Below the pieces are notes generated by a model that searched no databases, was not told where the DNA came from, and saw only the letters and a program-made list of their open reading frames with translations. A stretch of 64,000 nt of DNA from Candidatus Heimdallarchaeota archaeon (GTDB lineage Archaea; Asgardarchaeota; Heimdallarchaeia; JABLTI01), in assembly GCA_018238155.1 (NCBI GenBank), contig JABCTZ010000036.1, positions 320,001 to 384,000 of the forward strand. Direction: 5' to 3'. The position numbers and the translations under genes were made by a program. Position 1 is the stretch's first letter; each line of letters begins with the position of its first letter. This document shows positions 11,243 through 21,514 of this stretch, piece after piece.

Positions 11243-12214
11243 TTGAAAAAAGTGTCTATTACTGAAGAAGTTAGAAACTTAAAATCAAGTGACGTAGGTC
11301 TTCGAAAAAAAGCTGCTTGGTCTTTAGGAGATATTGGAGATAGAAGAGTTGTAGGACCTCTTGTAACTGCTCTAACAAAAGATCGCGATAGATTTGTTAG
11401 GAAAAATGCTGCAAAAGCGTTAGCAAAGATAGGAGACCCAAGAGCAAATAAAGCATTAAAATTTGTGAAACAGAAGGACAAGGATCCGAAAGTAAGAGAA
11501 GAAGCTGCTTATGCACTGTCAAGAATCAAAGAGTTAAATTCAAAAGCAAAAAAATCACAAGTAAAAGTTTCTCGAACAGTAGAAAAATTGCGTACAAAAA
11601 AACCTCCGTCAAAAAAGGAAATTTCACAAGTACACACAAAAAAACCGACCGTTAAAAAAAGAAAGAAAACTACAACAAGAACACCGGTAAAAAAGATTAC
11701 TAAACGACCTACTAGAGCAAGTTCAAAATCAAAAAGAACTTCATCGGTTAGAAGGAGCTCATCCAGTTCCTCAGTAAAGAGGAAACCATCTTCTAAAAAC
11801 AAAGTGAGAATAAAATCAAAATCAAGTCCGACTTCAAGAACAACAGTTAGAAGAACTGTATCAAGTAGTCAATCATCACGACCATCAACTTCAGTGAAAA
11901 GAACTTCTACTAAGCAATCTTCTACTAGAAGAGTAAGCAGTTCTGATAGACCAGTAATAAAAAGGAGTAGTAGTAGTTCATCAAAACCTGTTAAAAGAAC
12001 CTCGGGAAGTTCATCAAAACCTATCAGACGAACTTCAAGTAGCTCATCAAAAACAGTAGTTAGAACATCTAGTAGCAAACTTAAACCAAGACTTGTTAAG
12101 AAAGGAGTAAAAAAAGTCTCGACTTCTGCAAAGAAATCCTCTTCAACAAAAAAGAGAAGTAGTGATAAATCTCCTCGATCTGTTTCTTCAAAGAAGAAAA
12201 GAAGAAGAAGGTAA
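11243..12214 (+). CDS. HEAT/PBS-repeat protein with long Lys/Arg/Ser-rich low-complexity tail
   Basis: RKKAAWSLGDIGD, VRKNAAKALAKIGD and VREEAAYAL repeats, then ~225 aa dominated by K/R/S/T. Confidence 0.8.
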   Translation: MKKVSITEEVRNLKSSDVGLRKKAAWSLGDIGDRRVVGPLVTALTKDRDRFVRKNAAKALAKIGDPRANKALKFVKQKDKDPKVREEAAYALSRIKELNSKAKKSQVKVSRTVEKLRTKKPPSKKEISQVHTKKPTVKKRKKTTTRTPVKKITKRPTRASSKSKRTSSVRRSSSSSSVKRKPSSKNKVRIKSKSSPTSRTTVRRTVSSSQSSRPSTSVKRTSTKQSSTRRVSSSDRPVIKRSSSSSSKPVKRTSGSSSKPIRRTSSSSSKTVVRTSSSKLKPRLVKKGVKKVSTSAKKSSSTKKRSSDKSPRSVSSKKKRRRR

Positions 12215-12255
12215 GTTTGATTTTAAAAAAGAAAAATAAGCATTTTTGAATATGC

Positions 12256-14652
12256 TTATTCTATTATTGCCGCTGCTAACTGTAATTTTCTAAGCAAATT
12301 TACACTGGGTAAGGTCGAAAGAAATACGCTACCTAGAGCAAATCCAATAATCATTAGATAATCACCCCAGAAATGAACAGAATCCAGCTCGAAAAATAGT
12401 TTACTGATGAAATGCTGGATCAATCGACCTAAGCCTTCTCCACCAAGTGCAATTCCAATAAATACTGCGAAAATGATTAAAGTACCTATCTCTAAGAAAA
12501 TCTGGGCGAAAATTTGCTGCTTTCGAAATCCGAAAGTTCTTTGTAAGGCTATCTCTCGTGTTCGTTCAATTATTGAAATAAAAGCTGTCACAAAGATAAT
12601 CAGAAATGAAATTACCATCGCCAAAACAATTGTCACTTGTACTATGAATAGCTGAGTATTTACCATATGAACCATTCGAGCTTCATAAGTGTCTTTCATG
12701 ATTGCATATCGAATTTGAGTATTTTCATTTAAGTCTAAGAGTATTGAATCAATGGATGTTTTATCTAATGTGTCTATGTTATTTAATTTAATAAAGGCTC
12801 TATTAATTGCAGAAAATCCTAGTGTTTTCTCAATAGCAGGGATTAACATAAAGCATGAGTTAGGTATATCTAAATCTCGAGCAATGCCTACAATTTCAAT
12901 TTGAAATTCAACACCCAATAAGGAGAAGTTAAAGAAATCTCCAACAACTAAACCTAGAGGTTTTGCAGAATAACTCGAGATTATCCCTTCTTGAGCCGAT
13001 TCATTCGAAAACAATTTACCATCTTTAAGATTGATATTATATAAAGTTGAATTTGGCTGTAATCCTCTAAGATCCAGACTATATTCAGGCATGTCTGGCA
13101 TCTGTGTGTTTCCACTCAAATAGGGTTCATAACTTTTAATGAAATCATACTCATCAAGAATGTTTTGAATCTCAGTTTCTGTTTTATTGGAATCAAAACG
13201 AGTTTGTACATCCCAATGAACTTGATCATCAAAGTAATTATCAAATGTTGTGTTTATTGAAGTTTGGGTTTGAATTAAAGCAAAGGAAATTGCTATAGCA
13301 CTTATAAATGCACTAGTAATTAAAATACCCTTTAGACGATTTCGTGAAATATTTCGTAAAGGATATTTGAATGAAATTGGTAATAATGATGATTTCGGTT
13401 TTTTTGCATCAACCGAATTTGGTGCTTTCTTCATTCTTTTCTTTTTCTTTACTTTATATTCTGCTTTTCCTCGTATAGCTTCATATGGTGTCATTTTTAC
13501 ATTGCTTCGACAAGCAAAGAATGTAAAGAGTTGTGAAGAGAGAATGACGAGAGCAGGAACTACAATTAAGCCTATGATTGAGAACCGAGTCAATATCGTA
13601 GGTATCCCCCATCGGGAGACCAAGATATGAACCAAAATTTGTAAAAATCCATAAGAACCAAGGATTCCGAGAATAGTAGATAATATTGAGATAATTAGCG
13701 TTCTGAGCATGAATACGCGTAAAATAGTTTTAGCTTGATATCCAAAAGCATACAACATACCAGTCTGTTTTCTCTGTTCGGTTGCATATCGCTTAGTAAT
13801 CAAATAGATAACAATACCTGCACCCAAAATTATTGCACATGCCATAACAAAAAGTATCTGGGAGGTAAGATTAAGTACATCTTGGAAAAGAGAGCTAACA
13901 CTGAATTCTCGAATATACCATTCATAGAGAATTTGCGCTTCAATTGGATTGACTTCTTCACGCAAATCATCAGCAAAAGTTGTTACAAACTCAAGGTTGG
14001 GGTCACTTGGGAAATAAAAAGCTACACTGTTAAATTGAATTTCTGCCCAATCGTTAAATTCTTGGAAGGTTTTATAGTTAAGATAAATCGCTCCCTTTAA
14101 GGATAAATCATAACTTAAAAATTCAATTGATTTAACTAACCCAACTATTTCTACTTCTTTCACCCCAGTAAATGTATAAAGAGTGATCATATCTCCGATT
14201 CCAACGTCTAATTCCTTGGCAAAGGATTCCAAAATAAAAGCGGTATCATCTTCTAAAACTGAAAATTCTCTATCCAAACTGATTTGATTGACCTTCGGGG
14301 GAGCTGTAGTATTAATTCCAATAATACTCGTAAAGTACCATTTATTTGCATGATATAGTTGAAAACTACAAGAGGGTCGAACATCATATGAAATATCACT
14401 ATAATTTGTATTTGCATCGATTAAACTTTCAACACTGTTGTGAATTTCATTAACATTCCCTTGAAAGCCCATCTCCAAGTAAGATAATTTATATGATTCA
14501 TTACTTTCGAGAATAGAAGCATTTATGCTAGGATCAATTGAGAACATAGCTAGCGGAACTGAAACAATAACAAAGAAAACGAGAAATAATAAGAACGTGC
14601 GCCTCTTTTGAAAACGAAATTCTCGAAAAATGGTTTTATATATTTGTCGCAT
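12256..14652 (-). CDS. FtsX/MacB-type ABC transporter permease
   Basis: EQRKQTGMLYAFGY and ERTREIALQRTFGF motifs; likely start MRQIYK at 14652 overlapping the ATPase stop. Confidence 0.88.
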   Translation of the reverse strand: MRQIYKTIFREFRFQKRRTFLLFLVFFVIVSVPLAMFSIDPSINASILESNESYKLSYLEMGFQGNVNEIHNSVESLIDANTNYSDISYDVRPSCSFQLYHANKWYFTSIIGINTTAPPKVNQISLDREFSVLEDDTAFILESFAKELDVGIGDMITLYTFTGVKEVEIVGLVKSIEFLSYDLSLKGAIYLNYKTFQEFNDWAEIQFNSVAFYFPSDPNLEFVTTFADDLREEVNPIEAQILYEWYIREFSVSSLFQDVLNLTSQILFVMACAIILGAGIVIYLITKRYATEQRKQTGMLYAFGYQAKTILRVFMLRTLIISILSTILGILGSYGFLQILVHILVSRWGIPTILTRFSIIGLIVVPALVILSSQLFTFFACRSNVKMTPYEAIRGKAEYKVKKKKRMKKAPNSVDAKKPKSSLLPISFKYPLRNISRNRLKGILITSAFISAIAISFALIQTQTSINTTFDNYFDDQVHWDVQTRFDSNKTETEIQNILDEYDFIKSYEPYLSGNTQMPDMPEYSLDLRGLQPNSTLYNINLKDGKLFSNESAQEGIISSYSAKPLGLVVGDFFNFSLLGVEFQIEIVGIARDLDIPNSCFMLIPAIEKTLGFSAINRAFIKLNNIDTLDKTSIDSILLDLNENTQIRYAIMKDTYEARMVHMVNTQLFIVQVTIVLAMVISFLIIFVTAFISIIERTREIALQRTFGFRKQQIFAQIFLEIGTLIIFAVFIGIALGGEGLGRLIQHFISKLFFELDSVHFWGDYLMIIGFALGSVFLSTLPSVNLLRKLQLAAAIIE

Positions 14653-15394
14653 TTGATATTCTCCTGTCATCTGTTTGAGTGGGTAAAATTTTTGATTCAT
14701 CGGATAGAATTTGTCCGGAACGTAAAGTAATAACGCGATCAGCATAACATTCTAGTTCATGATCATGAGTAACCAATAGAACGGTTTTATTTTTCTCTTT
14801 GGCAATTTTTCGAATTAAATTAACGATATTATCACCTGTCGTCTGATCTAACTGACCTGTGGGTTCATCAATCAACAAGATATCCGGACTTTTGGCTAAG
14901 GCACGTGCAATAGCAACACGTTGACGCTCACCACCAGATAATTGAAAGGGAAAATTATCCATCCTGTTTTCCAACCCAACCAAAATAAGCTGTTCTTCAG
15001 CGAGTTTGCTAATATCTTTCCGTTTGCGAAGCGTTAATTCTAATACGAGTTCAACATTTTCCCTGGCTGTTAGTGTTGGAATTAGTGAATAAAACTGAAA
15101 TACGAATGCTAATCTTTTTTTGCGATAGAGAGTTAACTCTTTATCTGAATATTTAGCAATATCTTCTCCAAGAATTTCTATAGCTCCTCCCGTGGGATGA
15201 TCGATTCCACCTATAAGATTGATTAAAGTTGTTTTTCCCGAGCCTGATGGCCCCATAATAAAAACTATTTCTCCTGAATTAACTGTAAAGGAAACATTAT
15301 CCAAAGCACTAATAGATACACTGCCTAACTTGTAACACTTTGATAAATTTGTTATTTTAATGACTGAATTTAATTCTGTATTTTGATTAATCAT
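14636..15394 (-). CDS. ABC transporter ATP-binding protein (LolD/MacB-like)
   Basis: GPSGSGKT, LSGGERQR, LLIDEPTG, VTHD. Confidence 0.93.
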   Translation of the reverse strand: MINQNTELNSVIKITNLSKCYKLGSVSISALDNVSFTVNSGEIVFIMGPSGSGKTTLINLIGGIDHPTGGAIEILGEDIAKYSDKELTLYRKKRLAFVFQFYSLIPTLTARENVELVLELTLRKRKDISKLAEEQLILVGLENRMDNFPFQLSGGERQRVAIARALAKSPDILLIDEPTGQLDQTTGDNIVNLIRKIAKEKNKTVLLVTHDHELECYADRVITLRSGQILSDESKILPTQTDDRRISNATNI

Positions 15395-15581
15395 TTGTAT
15401 AGAAACTTTGGTTTTTATTTAAATTGAATCATTACTGCAATATTTATTGATTAATAGCTTAAAGATAGGTTTTTATCCCTTTTAAGCTAAAAAAATAAAA
15501 AATCAAATCGCCTATCACTGTTGATTATGCATTTTTAGTTAAGGAAAGAATTATTAGTTTTTAACCAATTGATAATGAGTT

Positions 15582-17225
15582 ATGGTAAATCAATCTAAAT
15601 GGTGGCAAAAAGCCGTTTTTTATCAGATCTATCCGCGTTCATTTAGTGATAGCACAAATAATGGTATCGGAGATCTTCAAGGGATAATAAATAAACTTGA
15701 TTATTTAGAAGCATTGGGCATTGACGGTATTTGGTTTTCACCATTTTTCCCATCACCTCAAGAAGATTACGGATATGATATATCTGATTTTGGTTCAATT
15801 AATCCTGAATATGGAACAATGAAGGATTTTGATGATTTATTAAAAAAATCACATAAAAAAGGTATCAAGATTATTTTAGACCTTTTACTAAATCATACTT
15901 CAACTCAACACCCATGGTTTCTTGAATCGAAAAAAGATCGAATAAATGAGAAAAGGGATTGGTATGTTTGGAGAGATGGTCGAGGAAAAAATGGTAAAAA
16001 AGAACCTAATAATTGGAATTCAATGGTTGGTGGTTCCGCATGGGAGTGGAGTGAAGAAAGAAAACAGTTTTATCTTCATCAATTCTTAACTTTTCAACCT
16101 GACCTCAATTGGAGAAATCCTGATGTTCAGATTGCCATGTTCAATCATATTCGATTTTGGCTTGAGAAAGGAGTAGATGGATTTAGACTTGATATAATCC
16201 AAACACTTTTTGAAGATAAGTATTTCAAAAATAATCCACCAAGCTGGCGATTTTTTCCATCTCATAATTCGAATGAAACAATGTTTCAGAAACCAAAATA
16301 CACTCAGTTTCTTCCTGAAACTATTGAATTATGCCAAAAACTAAGAGAGCTTGTAAATTCATATTCTCCGGAGCGAATGCTAGTTGGTGAAGCACAAGGT
16401 AATCTTCAGATGATAAAACCACTTTATGGAAAGAACAATGATGGATTACATCTCTCCTTCAATTTTAAATTCGGAGGACAATCATTTTCAGCTAGTAAAT
16501 TTAGAAGAGTATTAGAGGAAACGGAATTATTACTTGAAGAACCGTATTGGCCTTGTTATGTTTTTTCAAATCATGATACTGAACGTTTAATTTCACGTCA
16601 AAAGGATGATAAAGAGAAAGCAAAATTATTAGCTGTTTTACTTCTTACTATACGAGGAACACCCTTCATTTATTATGGTGAAGAAATTGGTATGTTGCAA
16701 ACTAAAGTACCTAAAGATAAGCAATTGGATCCCATTTCAAAGATTAAAATTTGGGGAATCCCCCTTGGTTTTCTTTATGGACGTGATGGTTGTAGAACAC
16801 CAATGCAATGGGATGATTCACCAATAAATGCTGGCTTTTCAAACGATCCAAAAATCGTCCCATGGTTGCCTATTGGACAGAATGAGAATAAGAATGTTAG
16901 AAATGAACTTCGTGATGAGAAATCAATGTTAACATTCTTCAAGAAATTGTTAAAAGTTAGAAAGCAAAATGAATCATTACAAATTGGGCAGTTATCTATT
17001 TCAAGAGATAGTAATTCAAATCTATTGATCTATGAACGATCTTTTCAAAAACAACAATTAACTATATTCTTGAATTTTAGCCGGAAAAAACAAAACATTG
17101 TAACACCAAATAAGAAATCTAAACAAATATTCTCAACAAAATTATTTGAAGAACAGAAAGAAATATCTGGAAAAATAACTCTCCAGCCTTATGAAGGTCT
17201 TATTATAGAAAGTATGAAGAAATAA
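15582..17225 (+). CDS. GH13 alpha-glucosidase / oligo-1,6-glucosidase
   Basis: WWQKAVFYQIYPRSF, DYGYDISD, NHTS, QPDLNW, GFRLD, NHD, YYGEEIG, RDGCRTPMQW. Confidence 0.93.
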   Translation: MVNQSKWWQKAVFYQIYPRSFSDSTNNGIGDLQGIINKLDYLEALGIDGIWFSPFFPSPQEDYGYDISDFGSINPEYGTMKDFDDLLKKSHKKGIKIILDLLLNHTSTQHPWFLESKKDRINEKRDWYVWRDGRGKNGKKEPNNWNSMVGGSAWEWSEERKQFYLHQFLTFQPDLNWRNPDVQIAMFNHIRFWLEKGVDGFRLDIIQTLFEDKYFKNNPPSWRFFPSHNSNETMFQKPKYTQFLPETIELCQKLRELVNSYSPERMLVGEAQGNLQMIKPLYGKNNDGLHLSFNFKFGGQSFSASKFRRVLEETELLLEEPYWPCYVFSNHDTERLISRQKDDKEKAKLLAVLLLTIRGTPFIYYGEEIGMLQTKVPKDKQLDPISKIKIWGIPLGFLYGRDGCRTPMQWDDSPINAGFSNDPKIVPWLPIGQNENKNVRNELRDEKSMLTFFKKLLKVRKQNESLQIGQLSISRDSNSNLLIYERSFQKQQLTIFLNFSRKKQNIVTPNKKSKQIFSTKLFEEQKEISGKITLQPYEGLIIESMKK

Positions 17226-17310
17226 GCATGGAAAATTAAGTGGATATCTTTCACATATACTATTTTGAATATGTGAATTAGTTTTCAATCGACGTAATGG
17301 TGAGTAGCAA

Positions 17311-17937
17311 ATGACCTCTGATGAAAAATCGAAGAAAGCATCATTATTAAATGAAAAGAGTTTGAAATCTTTGACTAATGGCAAAATAGATGAAGCAATA
17401 GCTTTCTTAGAAGAAGCAACTAAGTTAGATCCCACATTGGATCTTGCTTATGGAAATTTGGGAATTTGTTTTGCACAAAGAAGAGAATATGAAAAGGCAT
17501 TGACTTCTTACAAAAAAGCATTAACTATTGATTCAACTCGAATCGCTTATCATACAGGTATCGCAGCGATTTATCTTGATACAAAACAATATGATGATGC
17601 TCAAAAACATCTGGAAATAGCAAAAAAGATTAATCCAAAAAATCTAGCTTATTTACTAAACTACGGTTTATGGTTATTTGTAACAAATAGATATCAGGAA
17701 ACGATAAACTTTCATGAAGAATTTCTCAATTCGGGATTATTACCTGAAACCGATTTACGTAATAATGCTATTGCAAATTATCGACTGGCTTTTTCATATA
17801 TTGAAGTAAACAATGTTGGACGTGGGCTTGACATTGTTGAAGAATGTTTAAACTCTCCTTATATTGCGAATGATTTTCAATTATCTTTTGTTTTTCGACA
17901 AGTGAAAAATAAAGCCAAATATAAAATAGGGGGATAA
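17311..17937 (+). CDS. Tetratricopeptide repeat protein
   Basis: AYGNLGICF...YEKALTSYKKAL and YDDAQKHLEIAKKINP TPR units. Confidence 0.85.
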   Translation: MTSDEKSKKASLLNEKSLKSLTNGKIDEAIAFLEEATKLDPTLDLAYGNLGICFAQRREYEKALTSYKKALTIDSTRIAYHTGIAAIYLDTKQYDDAQKHLEIAKKINPKNLAYLLNYGLWLFVTNRYQETINFHEEFLNSGLLPETDLRNNAIANYRLAFSYIEVNNVGRGLDIVEECLNSPYIANDFQLSFVFRQVKNKAKYKIGG

Positions 17938-17977
17938 AAGTACTAAGTTTTATATCAAAGGAACAATATCTATTATT

Positions 17978-18958
17978 TTGGGAGAGCTAGAAATGTCAGT
18001 AATATACTGCTCACTAAAAAAATTCTCAAAAAAAGAAAAGGGGGAAATTTGTGCAATTTGCAGAAAAAGTCTGAAAAAAGATGACTTAATAATTCAATGC
18101 TCAAATTGTAGTACTTTTTTTCATCACAATCATCTACAAGAATGGTTGAATGCGAATTCTGAGTGTCCTGTTTGTAGAAACAATTTGATAATTTTGATTT
18201 CAGAAGATGAAGACATTAATAATAATGCTCTTCATTCAAAAAAAGATACTCTCGAAATTTCGAAAATAGATGGAGTGATAAAAGAAGACAATAAATTGGT
18301 TTTTTTTAATCCAATTTTAAAACCAAAAATATCATCAATTGTTTTACAAATCATAATATTGACAACGGGTTTTCTACTATTTAGCATTATTCTTATTGAT
18401 TTTACAATTGTAATCAGTGTAAACATACTTCAATTTGAATCAATCAGTTGGATGAATATTGTAATTGCATTACCGTTTTTATTAATCAGCATATTCATCA
18501 TAATTTTGGGAGTAGAGAATGATAAAATCACTTTTAGTAATAATTGGCAAAATTTAGAGCTGAATGATAACAAGATTGTTGTTACAAGTAAAAAATTACC
18601 AAAGGAAATTGAGCTATTTCCAAATAAAATAAAATCAATATTAATTGAAACATATGAAGATGAATTTGAAGAACATGAAGAAATATTAGAGGATTTGTAC
18701 TGCTTAAGATTAGAAATTAAATATGATGACGGAAAGAAATATCATTTCAGAAGGATCTTTGCAAATATTAGCTCTTCCAAAACTGAACGAGTAGCCCATG
18801 TGTTAGAAGAGTTCTTAATGGAAAAATATTCTATTCAAATATCAGTTTTTACAGAAGAAATGGAGAAAAAGAAGGAAAGAATAAGAATTCTTTGCATCTG
18901 TATAGGAGTAATTTTACTATTGAGTATCATCCTAACTCATACTAGGTTCTACTTCTAG
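17978..18958 (+). CDS. RING-finger-like protein with transmembrane segments (putative E3-like)
   Basis: CAIC-x12-CSNC-x4-HHNH..EW..CPVCR; about three hydrophobic helices. Confidence 0.75.
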   Translation: MGELEMSVIYCSLKKFSKKEKGEICAICRKSLKKDDLIIQCSNCSTFFHHNHLQEWLNANSECPVCRNNLIILISEDEDINNNALHSKKDTLEISKIDGVIKEDNKLVFFNPILKPKISSIVLQIIILTTGFLLFSIILIDFTIVISVNILQFESISWMNIVIALPFLLISIFIIILGVENDKITFSNNWQNLELNDNKIVVTSKKLPKEIELFPNKIKSILIETYEDEFEEHEEILEDLYCLRLEIKYDDGKKYHFRRIFANISSSKTERVAHVLEEFLMEKYSIQISVFTEEMEKKKERIRILCICIGVILLLSIILTHTRFYF

Positions 18959-19165
18959 TTTTTCTAAAAAAAAGAGATAAGAATTTTTAACTTATTCCAA
19001 GTTCATCTAGCTTATTGAGAGCGCTACCAATACGTCCTGCTATAGTGTTGAGAATAATTTCCATGCCGTCAATTATTATTCCAAAACGAGCTATATATTA
19101 TCACTGACTCATTATACCAATCTTTGATAATAAATATTATAGAAAATGAAGGGGGAAATTGATGA

Positions 19166-21514
19166 TTATTCGTCATCAATAAATATTTGATCGAAATATT
19201 TTTGCAATTCAAGATTATCTGTATCAGGTATTTCTATTTCTTTATCTTTAATAACAAGTTCACCCTCGCCTCTAATACTTAAAGGATACTCTTCTTCATC
19301 TCCTCTTACTTTTGGAGATTCTTCCACAGGTTGCCTTTTAAGATGACGCTTTCTAGAAAAAGCCAAATAAACTAATCCAATAGCTGCTAAGGCAACAAAT
19401 CCAACAATGGGGAAAATTAGATTTGATAAATTAATCATTAATGGTATTGAGTCTAAATGGGCAATAATCAAAGATATTTCAGAAGAAGTAATGAATATAT
19501 GATTATTGGCTATAAATAAATCTTGAATACCCACTATTCCACTTATTGTTCCTTCTAAAATTGGATTTGATTTATCATTGATATCCAGAGCATAAATTGA
19601 ATTTGTATAACTATTATAGATGTAGATGTAATTATTAGAAACACAAATCTTTCTATAATAATAGTAACTCTCTTCAAGTTCATGATTAATAATAGCTAAT
19701 TCAATTGGATTGAGTAAGTCGTGAATATCATATATTACCAATCCTTTTCCGCGTATAGAGGTATAAATGTAATTGTTCTTAACAACAATATATCGAATAT
19801 AGTGATCGAAAGCAATTATACTTGAATCATTAATAATATTCCCCGATTGATCTAAAGAGTAAATACTTAGCTCTCTTGATAAACGGTTCACGATATATAG
19901 ATAATCATTATTTACTTTAATTTGCTCTGCTCTATTTCCTATCAAAAATGTATTTTGTATAGTTAAATTATTAGGGTTTGCTAAATTAATGAGAGCTATC
20001 CCGCGTTCATAAAATAAACCATTATATATGAAATATTTAGTATATAATTTATCTTCAATAATTTCAATTGTTGAGAAATCAATAAAATAATCTTTATTTT
20101 TATACTGAAAGCGATTATTACATGTTCCAATTAATTGAGGATTATTGGGTTTGGAAATATCATATATGAGAATTTTGTATCTAATCTCATAGAAATAGCT
20201 AAAGGCAAACACGTATAGTTTATCTTCTTCAACGAATATTGATACCTCTTCAAATGGACACTCTATAAATGAGACAAATTTTGGTCTAGTTGGGTTTTTA
20301 ATATTTACAATAAAAATACCACACAAAAAAGTAGAATAAATAGCATAATTTCCTGAAACAATTACTTCTTTTGAAAGACTAGAAAAAAGAATTGTGTCTA
20401 TAAATTCTAATTCATTTGGATCATTAGTTGAATAGATTCTTATTCCAGTGAAAGAATCTAATACGATTAAATATTCACCTTTAAAAATCATATCTATTGA
20501 AAAGCTTGGTATTTTTACTTCACAAATAAGGATTATTTCTTCTGGGCTACTAATATCTGCTTTTACTAAGTGGTTGTTACTTGCTAAGAATAAGTAATCG
20601 TCTTTTACTGCTAAACAAGTAAATCCAAATGGTACATCAATATGCTTGGAAATTAACTTGAACTCTAGACTTAAATCAAAAATAGACAGCTGCATTTCCG
20701 AAGTTGAAAAAAGATAATTATCAATTATTTTCAAATTTCTTTCAGCAAGATTTTTTTCATAATAAACCATTTTAGCTTTTGGGTCTAAAATCGAAGAATA
20801 ATTATATTCTAACAAATAATCAGTAACGGATAGAATTATTTTATCAATATTATTATCTTTATAAAAAATGACATCATAGTAATTACTAACTCTAAATGTA
20901 ATCCGATTGACAAAAATAGGCTTCTCTATATTCTCTATATTGTAGATACGACAGCCTTTTAAATTATCAATTACAAAGAGTGCTGAATATCTAATCTTGA
21001 AACTTATATAGTATAGGTTTTCAATATAGATTTCGGATACTTTTTCTGGATTAAGAATATCTGAAAAATCATAAATTACTATTCCTCTCCTTAAAGCAAT
21101 TAAACAATAACTATCTTTGATAATTGTGCTAAAGACAAAAACAGTAAACTCTGAATCAAAGAAATCACCACTGAATTCTGCAATAAATTTTGGTTTTTTC
21201 ACATCTGAAAAATCAAATAATATTAATCCATCATAACCACATGAAAGGAATAATATATCTTGATTTCCAATTCGTGCTAATTTTAGCTCTCGAGGTTTAG
21301 CCTGTATAGTTGCAGAAAAAGTACTCAAAATACTACAATCAGTTAATACAACATCTTCTAAGGGTTTATCATTGGCAGTTGGAAAATCAGTCGAAATATT
21401 TTGAGCTGTCAAATCTTCTATTGAAGTGTAGATAAAAATAGTGTTTAATACTAAGAGCATCAAAATAGCTGTAGATAGTAATTTACCTTTATATTTTGTT
21501 TTTTGGACAAACAT
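19166..21514 (-). CDS. LVIVD-repeat beta-propeller surface protein with C-terminal TM
   Basis: Repeated GLILFDFSDVKKP / GIFIVNIKNPTRP / GLVIYDIHDLLNP units; signal peptide; TM plus acidic cytoplasmic tail. Confidence 0.82.
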   Translation of the reverse strand: MFVQKTKYKGKLLSTAILMLLVLNTIFIYTSIEDLTAQNISTDFPTANDKPLEDVVLTDCSILSTFSATIQAKPRELKLARIGNQDILFLSCGYDGLILFDFSDVKKPKFIAEFSGDFFDSEFTVFVFSTIIKDSYCLIALRRGIVIYDFSDILNPEKVSEIYIENLYYISFKIRYSALFVIDNLKGCRIYNIENIEKPIFVNRITFRVSNYYDVIFYKDNNIDKIILSVTDYLLEYNYSSILDPKAKMVYYEKNLAERNLKIIDNYLFSTSEMQLSIFDLSLEFKLISKHIDVPFGFTCLAVKDDYLFLASNNHLVKADISSPEEIILICEVKIPSFSIDMIFKGEYLIVLDSFTGIRIYSTNDPNELEFIDTILFSSLSKEVIVSGNYAIYSTFLCGIFIVNIKNPTRPKFVSFIECPFEEVSIFVEEDKLYVFAFSYFYEIRYKILIYDISKPNNPQLIGTCNNRFQYKNKDYFIDFSTIEIIEDKLYTKYFIYNGLFYERGIALINLANPNNLTIQNTFLIGNRAEQIKVNNDYLYIVNRLSRELSIYSLDQSGNIINDSSIIAFDHYIRYIVVKNNYIYTSIRGKGLVIYDIHDLLNPIELAIINHELEESYYYYRKICVSNNYIYIYNSYTNSIYALDINDKSNPILEGTISGIVGIQDLFIANNHIFITSSEISLIIAHLDSIPLMINLSNLIFPIVGFVALAAIGLVYLAFSRKRHLKRQPVEESPKVRGDEEEYPLSIRGEGELVIKDKEIEIPDTDNLELQKYFDQIFIDDE

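Noticed and set aside
11239-12078. Antisense ORFs rich in Leu/Phe/Glu/Asp
   Set aside because: They are shadows of the low-complexity K/R/S gene on the plus strand.
18988-19095. Short minus-strand coding-like fragment IARFGIIIDGMEIILNTIAGRIGSALNKLDELGIS
   Set aside because: Possibly a gene remnant, but too short to assign and lacking a clear start.
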